A stretch of 26,142 nucleotides of DNA from a virus. Lineage: Duplodnaviria; Caudoviricetes. The stretch lies in the IMG/VR virus record IMGVR_UViG_3300031837_000049, positions 1 to 26,142 of that record, one strand, 5' to 3'. Position 1 is the first letter of the stretch. Each line of letters starts with the position of its first letter. The notes below the pieces were generated by a model. That model did no database searches. It was given only the letters and a program-made list of their open reading frames with translations, and was not told where the DNA came from. Below are positions 1 through 7,827 of the stretch, in pieces. The position numbers were made by a program, and so were the translations under genes.

Positions 1-1
1 C

Positions 2-118
2 ACGATCGAATGGTGGAGAAAAAACGGAGAAACTTTGGGCAAAAAAGAAGGGTACAGCGCAGAGGAAATAGCCAATGACCGAGTTCTTTTTGAGGATTTG
101 GTCAAAGGGGAAGAATGA
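2..118 (+). CDS. 3' end of a phage hypothetical protein (partial; ...TIEWWRKNGETLGKKEGYSAEEIANDRVLFEDLVKGEE*)
   Basis: Manual translation of frame 2 is open from the window start to TGA at 116-118, which overlaps the next ATG (ATGA coupling). Confidence 0.6.
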   Translation, partial: TIEWWRKNGETLGKKEGYSAEEIANDRVLFEDLVKGEE

Positions 119-468
119 ATCAGATCATGATACTCACTCCCTACAAGTTCCACGGGCAATGGGTATTCGACGATGAATCGACAGGACTTAATCGAGAAGC
201 ATTTGTCGCTGGAATTGATACGATGTTGGATATTCTGACGAGAGAAATTCCAAATGCCCATAAAGGCGTGACGCTCCTATTCTCTCACGCTCCCTTTGTC
301 GGGAGCCAGATTCGGCTAGACTGGGTTAGAGGAGATCAAGGGGGCAATTGGTATCGATGCGAGGAATATAGAATGGATGGCTGGCTGTGCCCAGCCTTAT
401 TCAAATACTTCGATGAGGCTCCAGAGCAAATCTACGCACAGACCAAAAAAAGGACTGAATGGGATTGA
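115..468 (+). CDS. Conserved hypothetical protein, DUF6717-like
   Basis: Pattern PYK..GQWVFDD..GL..E.FV.G.D ... GGNWY ... GWLCPALFKYF..AP..IY recalled for this family. Confidence 0.7.
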   Translation: MNQIMILTPYKFHGQWVFDDESTGLNREAFVAGIDTMLDILTREIPNAHKGVTLLFSHAPFVGSQIRLDWVRGDQGGNWYRCEEYRMDGWLCPALFKYFDEAPEQIYAQTKKRTEWD

Positions 469-490
469 CGCCACAACGCAAAAGCGTACT

Positions 491-817
491 ATGGAAACTG
501 TGAAACGAAAAGATAAGCCAGACTGGTTTGCGCTGATGGATCGGGTGAAGGCCATTTGCAATATCATGGCCGTGGAAAGAGAGCGGCAAGAAAACGGACA
601 GTACATTGCCTCGGAGCCATCAGGACTATCCAGTCTGGCCAAAGCTATCCGCTCCAATGCCCAGCGCGTGCACGAATGGACATCGTTCAAGCGCGAGCCC
701 AAAGCTCAGACCGTCCTGAAGATAATGGAATGGGTACGAGACCAGGAACAGGCGATCAGAACCAAAGGGAATCTCAAGGCTTACGCTGCGGAAGTGGAGA
801 GGATTTCTAAGCTGTGA
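491..817 (+). CDS. Hypothetical protein, possible HTH DNA-binding protein (start ATG 491 or GTG 500)
   Basis: LSSLAKAIRSNAQRVHEW...EP resembles an XRE-type HTH. The stop overlaps the next gene. TTGACG at 465 is upstream. Confidence 0.5.
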   Translation: METVKRKDKPDWFALMDRVKAICNIMAVERERQENGQYIASEPSGLSSLAKAIRSNAQRVHEWTSFKREPKAQTVLKIMEWVRDQEQAIRTKGNLKAYAAEVERISKL

Positions 818-1443
818 ATAAGGAACAACTTTTTGAATCAGGGCTTTCGTTGGCGGAGGAGTTCTGCGCAGTCAACGCCATTACCATGCCGAAAGTGATT
901 AAGCTCTTCAAGGATCATCCCGACTCTCTGATGCGCCGCTACTACGCCTGCATTGGGACGTGCGCCTTCTACCGCCCCACAACGATTCATATCGCAGTCA
1001 GCAAATGTGCCACGCCTGGAATGGGCGGCAGGGCATGGAGCTGGCCTGCCTACGCCATTGATCGCACGCCCTATGGCGTGATCCAGCATGAGTTAGGGCA
1101 TCACATTGACCATTTAAAATCCGCACCAGAGTTGAAAGACAAGGAAGACTTGTTCTCTTACCGCATTTGGCTCCAATCGAAAGAGGAGCCTTTAACGGGA
1201 TACCTCGGGACGGACGGCGAGAGCCAAACCTACTTCAAAGAATGGTTCGCGGAAAACTTCCGTCTTTTTGTAACCAACCATGACCTATCGGCGCGTCTCC
1301 GACCCAAGTTCCACCGGGCACTTTCCAAGGAATTGATACCCATCAGTGACGAGGACAAAAATTTTGAGACTGTCTTGAGGGAGCTAAGCGCGACAGATCG
1401 GATCATTGCTCAAGCGTGGAAAAAAGTCGAGGCCGCGAAATGA
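814..1443 (+). CDS. Zincin-like (HEXXH) metallopeptidase
   Basis: HELGHHIDH motif plus downstream EWFAENF, the E-x-F-A-E signature of lethal-factor-like/phage MPTase zincins. Confidence 0.75.
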   Translation: MNKEQLFESGLSLAEEFCAVNAITMPKVIKLFKDHPDSLMRRYYACIGTCAFYRPTTIHIAVSKCATPGMGGRAWSWPAYAIDRTPYGVIQHELGHHIDHLKSAPELKDKEDLFSYRIWLQSKEEPLTGYLGTDGESQTYFKEWFAENFRLFVTNHDLSARLRPKFHRALSKELIPISDEDKNFETVLRELSATDRIIAQAWKKVEAAK

Positions 1444-1446
1444 ACC

Positions 1447-1734
1447 ATGCGCCCCAATGAAATCCCAATCCGCGAATGCCCCGAAGGCTACTGTAAGACC
1501 TGCTGGAATCGCTGGGGCCGATCACTCAGGGGCGAGAGCCTACCTGAATGCGAAACAAGTGAAGGAGCTTGCCAAGGCCTCAATCTTAACTGGAGAGGGC
1601 CTATGCGTCCCGGCGAGACGATGGAAGAGCTTCGAATGATCAAAAAAAGAGCTTTAGAGGAATACGAGGAACGGAAACACAAAATTCAACCAACAAAGAA
1701 GGCGAGATTATCGCCGGATGGGCCGTTGTTTTGA
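1447..1734 (+). CDS. Hypothetical Cys-rich protein
   Basis: ORF fits the tight gene packing. Contains CPEGYCKTC...C...C. Confidence 0.5.
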   Translation: MRPNEIPIRECPEGYCKTCWNRWGRSLRGESLPECETSEGACQGLNLNWRGPMRPGETMEELRMIKKRALEEYEERKHKIQPTKKARLSPDGPLF

Positions 1735-1949
1735 GCGGCCAAAAAGTCGACCCGAGTCCGTTCGGCTGGAATCGGTGTCAAGAGAGCGCCACGAAAGAAA
1801 TTGGCATCGAAGAAGATAAGGCTGAAAAGCTTTTTTACAAAAGCAAGTGGCCCACTCAGTTTAATAACTTGGAAGATATATCCGAAGAGTCAGCCTCATT
1901 GGCCATCGCCCGAATTGATCACTTTATTGCAACAGAAGGAAAAGAATAG
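1731..1949 (+). CDS. Hypothetical phage protein
   Basis: TTGA overlap with the previous stop; protein-like sequence (AEKLFY..WP.QF...AIARIDHFIATEG). Confidence 0.5.
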   Translation: MSGQKVDPSPFGWNRCQESATKEIGIEEDKAEKLFYKSKWPTQFNNLEDISEESASLAIARIDHFIATEGKE

Positions 1950-1982
1950 ATTTCCCGATAAAGGGAGAAAGACAAATACAAC

Positions 1983-2171
1983 ATGAAAATAAAAACTCCA
2001 AAGATCTACTTGGAATGGGCTGGTTTCCGTCGCATTGGATTGATGACGCGTCAAATTACAAGTTGGGATTCTCGCCGGGATGCTGTTTACTCAAAGGTGC
2101 GCCGCATAATGCAAGGCGAACGAGATCACGTCAAATATCGCGCCTACAACCTGAAATCGAGGATAGCGTGA
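1983..2171 (+). CDS. Small basic hypothetical protein
   Basis: ATG after an A-rich leader; the stop is coupled to the next start (TGATG). Confidence 0.5.
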   Translation: MKIKTPKIYLEWAGFRRIGLMTRQITSWDSRRDAVYSKVRRIMQGERDHVKYRAYNLKSRIA

Positions 2172-2857
2172 TGAGCGCCGAACTTCTAATCGAGCGGGAC
2201 GAACTCTTCACTGAGTTTGTAAAACCAACGCAGGACGGCCTAGGCGTCACCATAAGCCCTGACATCCCATGGGACGCATGGGTGGCAGCAGTGCAAGGTT
2301 ACGGCGCAGCCTGGAGGCATCTAGGGGCCAAGCGTGAGATCATCCAATTCATCCTTGGAGACTTGTACATCGCAGGGGAAAAGAGCTTCGGCCAGAACTT
2401 CAGCCAAGCTTTCGACGTCGAGAACATCGATGACAAGCTGCTGACCCGCGTGCTTTGGGTCTGCAAAGAGATCGAGCCGGCCAATCGTCACCCGGCCCTG
2501 AGCTTCAGCCATCACGAAGCCGTCGCAGGAGTCAAGGACCCCGAGATCCGCGAGGAGCTGCTCAAGACCGCAGAGGCCGATAAGCTCACAGTCAAAGAAT
2601 TGAGCGAAGTTCGCAACGAAAAAGTTCCGAAGAAAAAGGGCAAGAGCAAGCCGGCGAAGGCCAAGGCCGAAAAAGTCAGCATCACCGATGAAGCCAGCGC
2701 ATTGCAGTTTGGGCATCAAGTGATCGCTTTTCTTGAAAAGGCTGAAGCTGATGAAGCGTTCCGCAAGTGGCCCAAAGAACGACTGGCGAAGTGGGAACCG
2801 ATACTTTCAACCATCGTCAAAATCGCTCGAAGGAGCGTCATCAAAACGCACGCATGA
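2171..2857 (+). CDS. LmbU-like putative DNA-binding/regulatory protein
   Basis: W..W....G ... F.LGDL...GE..FG ... WV...I....R...LSFSHH..VA ... LL..AE...LTV.EL matches the LmbU-like pattern. ATG 2171 is coupled to the upstream stop and preferred over 2015. Confidence 0.6.
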   Translation: MSAELLIERDELFTEFVKPTQDGLGVTISPDIPWDAWVAAVQGYGAAWRHLGAKREIIQFILGDLYIAGEKSFGQNFSQAFDVENIDDKLLTRVLWVCKEIEPANRHPALSFSHHEAVAGVKDPEIREELLKTAEADKLTVKELSEVRNEKVPKKKGKSKPAKAKAEKVSITDEASALQFGHQVIAFLEKAEADEAFRKWPKERLAKWEPILSTIVKIARRSVIKTHA

Positions 2858-3120
2858 ACTTTATTTCCTTAATCTATCTCTTTTCCCTCGTGGAATTCAT
2901 CTGGTCCACATGCTGCTTGGATAGAGCAAGCAGCGATCATCACCTACTCAATGCCACAACTTTGTTAGTAGTGGCGAACATGCTCAGAGCGAATCGCGAA
3001 AAGAAAGAATCGCTCGAAAAGAAGGAAACGAATGATCACAAACTCCATCATCATCCTCCTCTTGCTCACCTACATCGCAATCGATTGCATTGCCCTCTGG
3101 TAAGTGAAGATAGCAGCTAA
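2854..3120 (+). CDS. Hypothetical protein with hydrophobic N-terminus
   Basis: ATGA overlap with the previous gene. The 3' part looks non-protein-like and overlaps a small hydrophobic ORF at 3032-3103 (MITNSIIILLLLTYIAIDCIALW). Confidence 0.3.
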   Translation: MNFISLIYLFSLVEFIWSTCCLDRASSDHHLLNATTLLVVANMLRANREKKESLEKKETNDHKLHHHPPLAHLHRNRLHCPLVSEDSS

Positions 3121-3123
3121 AGA

Positions 3124-3240
3124 AGCCAATAGGAGAGCCAATAGACTCCGACAATAGAAACCACAAGAGCCAACACAGGAGCCTACGGACGCCACTAATG
3201 GAAGCCATGGCCACCAATAGCAGCGGTATAGGGAGCCTAT
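3124..3240. repeat. Degenerate short direct repeats (AGCCAATAG / CCAATAG / GAGCC) upstream of the small terminase
   Basis: AGCCAATAG at 3124 and 3136, with variants ACAATAG, AGCCAACACAG, GAGCCTA and ACCAATAG further along. Confidence 0.45.
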
Positions 3241-3317
3241 AAGACATCTATTTGACCATCCTAAAAAAGCTAATGGTTCCGCGTCGCCTTATTTAGCTAT
3301 GGGACAAGGATTTAAAA

Positions 3318-3779
3318 ATGAAAACCACATCAAAATCGCGCAAGAAGGGCCCTGCAAGGCATCTGAAGGGCTTCTGGTATGATTCCCGCAGACTGTTCTG
3401 CGCAGCGACAGGGAAGACTGTTGAGGACGTAAAGCGGGCATCCCTGAATGCAGAGACGGCGAAGTGGTTCAAGAACGCCCGGATCAATTCGTTGCTGTCG
3501 AAATGGATCGATGACCATCCCATCGTACCCGGCGAATACAAGCCGATGGTCTCGGAGAAGGAGCAGCGGCAGGCTGACAAACTCGCCAAGGAAAATCGAA
3601 AGCTGGACTTTGAATTTGCTGTAGCGCAAAAGGAATACGTCAAGGTCGACACGGTCAAAGGCGCATGGTCCCAGGCATTGGAAGTGATCATGGACGCTAT
3701 GAAGGCCGGGATGACGCGCGAGGATTACAATGCAGCGATTAAGAGGATTAAAGCAAAATTGAAGGAATTGGACTTGTGA
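3318..3779 (+). CDS. Terminase small subunit (Nu1-like)
   Basis: Directly upstream of, and overlapping, the large terminase. Basic N-terminus, coiled-coil (KLAKENRKLDFE) and a C-terminal 'EYV.VD.V...W' block typical of Nu1/DUF1441-like proteins. Confidence 0.75.
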   Translation: MKTTSKSRKKGPARHLKGFWYDSRRLFCAATGKTVEDVKRASLNAETAKWFKNARINSLLSKWIDDHPIVPGEYKPMVSEKEQRQADKLAKENRKLDFEFAVAQKEYVKVDTVKGAWSQALEVIMDAMKAGMTREDYNAAIKRIKAKLKELDL

Positions 3780-5632
3780 CATGGATCACAGAATTTCTTT
3801 CCGATAGCCTGCGCGAACAAACTGGCCAGGACATCGCCTCATGGGCAGACGGCTACCTGAAGATCCCGCAATCTGTCCGTTACCCCATCTTTATCGCAGA
3901 TGAGGCTCCTTGGCTTCTGGAGCCACTCAGGGCGCTTTCCGATCCTGGAATAAGCCAAGTAGACGTTCGGATGCCTGCCGGTGCCGCCAAGTCGCTTATT
4001 GGCGAGATTTTTATTGCATGGGTGCTGTGCCACGAGCCAGGACCGCTCTACTACGTTTGGCAATCGGACGAAGATGGTAAGGACGCGAAAGAAGATCGTC
4101 TCGAACCCATGTTTGAGGCCAACGACTTCATTTACAAAAAGATGCCCACAGATCGGCACAAGAAGCGGCAATCAAAGATCGTGTTTGCCCACATGCCCCT
4201 TTACATCGTCGGGGCCAACTTGAACGCAGCGCAGTCGAAGCGCATTCGCTATCTTCTCTTCGAGGAGCCCCATCTTTACAAGGCGGGCATGGCGAGTGCC
4301 TTCAAAAAGCGCATGGAGGGCGTCAGAGGACCAAAGCTACTCACACTCTCGACCGGGAGCATCCTGGATGATGAAAGCGACAAAGACTTTAACGACGGAA
4401 GTTGCGAGGAATGGGAGGTGCCTTGTCCCTCCTGCGGATTTTACCAGAAGATGACAGATTCCCCAGATCGCCTCCGATGCGACAAAAACAAGGATACCGT
4501 TGACGAAAACGGCTCCATCATCTGGCATAAGCTGCTTCCAACCGTCCGATACAATTGCGAATCGTGCGGAGTCGATTGGCCTATAGATCAAGCCTTCAGG
4601 CGTGAACAAAGCCAGAGCGGACGCTACAAGGCCACAAATGCGAACGCCAGGGCCGATCACAGGAGTTTTCATTGCGAGGCGGCGGCAATCCACTGGATTG
4701 AGCTTTCGACGATCTTGGAAGAGAAATTGAAGGCGTCGGCAGCATCTCGCCGTGGTTCCATCGAATTGCTCAAAGATTACGTTCAGAAGCGGAAGGCAGC
4801 GCCATGGGATGAATCACCACCAGATGATACTAAGGTGGACATTCAGCGGATGACAGGATTTTACATCAAGCGCGATCCTGTCACCGATGAAATCGCCCGG
4901 TTCTTCACTTTGGACAATCAGCGCGGTAAAGCGCGGGAAGGCGAGGGGGAACATCGATGGTTCGTCTGCAGGTCCTACAGTGAAACCGAAAGCAGGCTGA
5001 TCGATGAAGGAAAGATCGACACTTGGGAAGAGGTTGAAGAGTACCGAATCAAGTTGGGAGTGCCTCCTCTTCAGACTTTGATCGACATCGCCTACGACAC
5101 TCCGAAGGTGCAATCCATGTGCCTACGCTACGGATGGCAAGGGCTCTGGGGTGACATGACCCAAAAGCAGAGCTTCCCGCATCACGAGATCATCGGGGGC
5201 AAGAGAGTCACCCGAAACCTGCCCTTCAGCACGCCGCAGCTTGGGAACCGCATGGATGATGGAAAGGGAGGCTTCAAGCAAGCCCGCTATTTCTGGTGGT
5301 GCAACCAGCCTATTGCCGACATCTACCACCAGATCAAGGATGGGCTGGCCAGCTATCGAATGACCATTGCCCAGGATACAAGCGAGGACTACAAAAAACA
5401 TACGGCAGTCGAGTACAAAGGACGGATCATCGGCAAGAACGGAGTCGCCCGCTGGGAATGGCGCAGAGCCAAGAGCAAGGCCGATCACTTGCTTGATGCC
5501 GATCAAATGAATCTCGTAGCCGCTCTGATGCATCCCCGCTTAAGGCAAATCCTTTACACGTTCAAGGATGAAGTCCAAGATGTTCGAGAAGGGGAAGTCG
5601 AATACGTTTTAAGGAGTTTGACGCCACAATGA
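3776..5632 (+). CDS. Terminase large subunit, lambda GpA family
   Basis: 618 aa. WAD..L.I, APWL.EPL.AL.DP, Walker A-like PAGAAKS, GAN....QS, Walker B-like YLLFEE, STG, W.VPCPSCG and Y.CESCG Zn motifs, RSFH, nuclease acidic residues (TLDNQ, LIDIAY, DHLLDA). Confidence 0.92.
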   Translation: MTWITEFLSDSLREQTGQDIASWADGYLKIPQSVRYPIFIADEAPWLLEPLRALSDPGISQVDVRMPAGAAKSLIGEIFIAWVLCHEPGPLYYVWQSDEDGKDAKEDRLEPMFEANDFIYKKMPTDRHKKRQSKIVFAHMPLYIVGANLNAAQSKRIRYLLFEEPHLYKAGMASAFKKRMEGVRGPKLLTLSTGSILDDESDKDFNDGSCEEWEVPCPSCGFYQKMTDSPDRLRCDKNKDTVDENGSIIWHKLLPTVRYNCESCGVDWPIDQAFRREQSQSGRYKATNANARADHRSFHCEAAAIHWIELSTILEEKLKASAASRRGSIELLKDYVQKRKAAPWDESPPDDTKVDIQRMTGFYIKRDPVTDEIARFFTLDNQRGKAREGEGEHRWFVCRSYSETESRLIDEGKIDTWEEVEEYRIKLGVPPLQTLIDIAYDTPKVQSMCLRYGWQGLWGDMTQKQSFPHHEIIGGKRVTRNLPFSTPQLGNRMDDGKGGFKQARYFWWCNQPIADIYHQIKDGLASYRMTIAQDTSEDYKKHTAVEYKGRIIGKNGVARWEWRRAKSKADHLLDADQMNLVAALMHPRLRQILYTFKDEVQDVREGEVEYVLRSLTPQ

Positions 5633-5820
5633 AAATTTCACGCGAAGGACTTGCCCGAATCGAAAGCCACATAGAAGGCATCCTTGAAAAGCTCAATCGC
5701 TATGCAGGAATGACCAAGCTCGATTCCCGTCAAAGGGAAGATTTCAGGGATTTACAGGAACAACTCAGGACCGCGCAACGGCAACGGCGAGCTTTCGGCG
5801 ACTCCGATGCGGGTAAATAA
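5629..5820 (+). CDS. Small helical hypothetical protein
   Basis: ATGA coupling with the terminase stop; amphipathic sequence. Confidence 0.55.
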   Translation: MKISREGLARIESHIEGILEKLNRYAGMTKLDSRQREDFRDLQEQLRTAQRQRRAFGDSDAGK

Positions 5821-5858
5821 ATCTTTACATGAAAGAGGTTGTTTGATAAACCGCTTCA

Positions 5859-6011
5859 ATGAGCAAAAACGAAATTAAAAAATACCTTTCGGAGTTAGGG
5901 AAAAAAGGCGGCAAATCGAAAAGCCTCGCCAAACTGGCAGCGGTCAAGAAAAACAGGGAAGCGTATCAGGCCAAAGTGAGGAAGGCCCTCAAACTATTGG
6001 AGGGCAAATGA
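5859..6011 (+). CDS. Small basic KGG-motif protein (50 aa; MSKNEIKKYLSELGKKGGKSKSLAKLAAVKKNRE...)
   Basis: Below the ORF-track cutoff, translated manually. LGKKGG motif, stop coupled to the ParB start, candidate promoter TTTACA-17-TAAACC upstream. Confidence 0.65.
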   Translation: MSKNEIKKYLSELGKKGGKSKSLAKLAAVKKNREAYQAKVRKALKLLEGK

Positions 6012-6688
6012 CGCTTGAAGATCATCCTATAGCAGCTTGTTGGCCGATGATGTCGGACGCGCAGATGGCCGAACTAACCGATAGCATCAAAAAAAACGGG
6101 CAACGGTTGCCGATCACCATCCACGAAGGAAAAATCCTCGACGGAAGAAACCGCTATCGAGCCTGCCTATCGGCCCACGCGAGGCCGATGACGGTGCAAT
6201 TCGATGGAACAGACCCCGTCCAATTCGCGAAGGACATCAACGAGAATCGCAGGCATGAGACGCCATCGCAGCGGGCGATGATCGCAGCCAAATTGGCGAA
6301 TATAAAGCTGGGCGACAACCAGCATAAAAAAGAGGGTCAACCAATTGGTACACCCTCAACACTGGTTTCCAGAGAAAAAGCAGCGACGGTCATGCAAGTC
6401 GGTGAGGCATCGGTGGGGCGAGCCAAGACCATCCTGGCCCAAGCCTCACTCGAGGTCATCAAACAAGTCGAACAGGGAGAGATCAGCGTGAATGCAGCTT
6501 ATGAAGAAATTAAAGAAAAGGCCCCCGCGAAGACAAAATCAATTTTCGCTCATGCGGAAAAACACTGCGAGGCGGCGAAAAGAGAATTGGACAAAATCAA
6601 AGACATGGACCCAACCCTTCAGCCTGAACTCAGGAAGATAATCAAATATTGTCAGAACCGGATCGAACTCAACAAACCTACAAAATGA
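6008..6688 (+). CDS. ParB N-terminal domain protein with HTH
   Basis: HP.A...P.MS.....L..SIK.NG...PI ... ILDGRNRYRAC ... N..RRH.T.SQRA, then an HTH-like REKAATVMQVGEASVGRAK. Confidence 0.85.
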   Translation: MTLEDHPIAACWPMMSDAQMAELTDSIKKNGQRLPITIHEGKILDGRNRYRACLSAHARPMTVQFDGTDPVQFAKDINENRRHETPSQRAMIAAKLANIKLGDNQHKKEGQPIGTPSTLVSREKAATVMQVGEASVGRAKTILAQASLEVIKQVEQGEISVNAAYEEIKEKAPAKTKSIFAHAEKHCEAAKRELDKIKDMDPTLQPELRKIIKYCQNRIELNKPTK

Positions 6689-7461
6689 AAAACAAAAAAT
6701 CTCACATAATTGAATGCACCAACAATTACCAATTGTTCGTTGCTCATAAAAACCAGCAAGCCATTTCCCCGAAGCACGTGAAAGCTTTGGCGGCGAGCAT
6801 CAAAGAAAATGGATTTCTCCCGTCTAAGCCAGTTCAGGTTTGGAGAGATAAGGTAGGTAAGCTTAATGTCATTGACGGACATCACCGAGTGGACGCAGCG
6901 GCCAGCGTTGGAAGCTTTATTTATTTTGTCGTCGAACCTCAAGAAAACGCTGGCCTGATCGGGACGGAAAATATCATAGTTCGCACTTGGGCGATTGAAT
7001 CGTTCGTGAAGCTCTATGCATCAAATGGAATCGAGGACCACAAGGCGCTTTTGAATTATCGGATGAGAGGACTTTCGATCCCATTCGCCATCGCCGTACT
7101 GTCTGGACACGTATCATCGTCGGAGAGTGTCAATCGATCCGTGAGGGCTGGAAACTTCAAAGTCAAAGAAACGAAAACAGCGGAACTCATCGTTCACATG
7201 CTCGAAGAGATTGAAGACGCATGCCCGGAAATCAAAACCCAGACATATCTCTACGGAATCGTCATGATGCTTCCTCTGAAGGAATTCCATCTCAAAACAT
7301 TCATTCACAAAGCCAAAGGGAATCCATTGGCCATCGTCAAGTGCGCATCGAAAGATCAGGCGCTTCAAGTCATTGAGGAGGTATATAACTTTCGTTCATC
7401 GGTGAAGCCGAACTTGGCGTACATGGCAAAAGATGCCGCTCAGGCCAGAAAGTTTCAGTAG
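6685..7461 (+). CDS. ParB/Srx-like domain protein
   Basis: HVKALAASIKENG...PV.V...VIDGHHRVDAA. ATG 6685 is coupled to the previous stop. Confidence 0.8.
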   Translation: MKNKKSHIIECTNNYQLFVAHKNQQAISPKHVKALAASIKENGFLPSKPVQVWRDKVGKLNVIDGHHRVDAAASVGSFIYFVVEPQENAGLIGTENIIVRTWAIESFVKLYASNGIEDHKALLNYRMRGLSIPFAIAVLSGHVSSSESVNRSVRAGNFKVKETKTAELIVHMLEEIEDACPEIKTQTYLYGIVMMLPLKEFHLKTFIHKAKGNPLAIVKCASKDQALQVIEEVYNFRSSVKPNLAYMAKDAAQARKFQ

Positions 7462-7472
7462 CCATCAAAAGC

Positions 7473-7501
7473 TTGAATAAGCCTGCGGGTTGTCCTAGAG
7501 T
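7473..7501 (+). promoter_or_regulatory. Putative sigma70-type promoter TTGAAT-17-TAGAGT, 8 nt before ATG 7510
   Basis: Sequence match and spacing in a short intergenic gap. Confidence 0.5.
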
Positions 7502-7509
7502 GCTGTCAA

Positions 7510-7827
7510 ATGGCAGTACAAGGACAACTCGTAGGTCTTTCGGCCTCTTCTCTCCAAACCATCATATCGGCAGCGGAGCAGGGCATTGTTGCAAATGCGG
7601 TTAGAGGCATCAGCTACAGCATCGCCGGCCGAAATTTTGGCTTCGCGACGATGGATGAGCTGCGCCAGACCCTGCTCGAGGCCAACTACGCCTTGGGCCT
7701 GTTGACGGGACAACGCTCCATGACCGTTCGGGCGAACTTCAATCCTGCCCTTGGTCGCAATCAGGGAGGACAGACCGGACTTCAGACCTCACCCCCTTAT
7801 GTTGGCGGTGACGGGAACGCCAGCTAA
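7510..7827 (+). CDS. Head-tail adaptor / gpW-like head completion protein
   Basis: Position before the portal as in lambda W-B; SYSIAGR.F....MDELR motif. Confidence 0.7.
   Translation: MAVQGQLVGLSASSLQTIISAAEQGIVANAVRGISYSIAGRNFGFATMDELRQTLLEANYALGLLTGQRSMTVRANFNPALGRNQGGQTGLQTSPPYVGGDGNAS

Noticed and set aside
377-490. Long upstream extensions of track ORFs (377, 2015, 6649, 13983, 17041, 18230, 18667, 22516)
   Set aside because: They overlap the preceding genes; downstream starts that are stop-coupled or promoter-adjacent fit better.
3124-3240. Possible CRISPR array or ncRNA
   Set aside because: Repeats are at most 9 bp, degenerate and irregularly spaced. No cas genes and no convincing stem structure.
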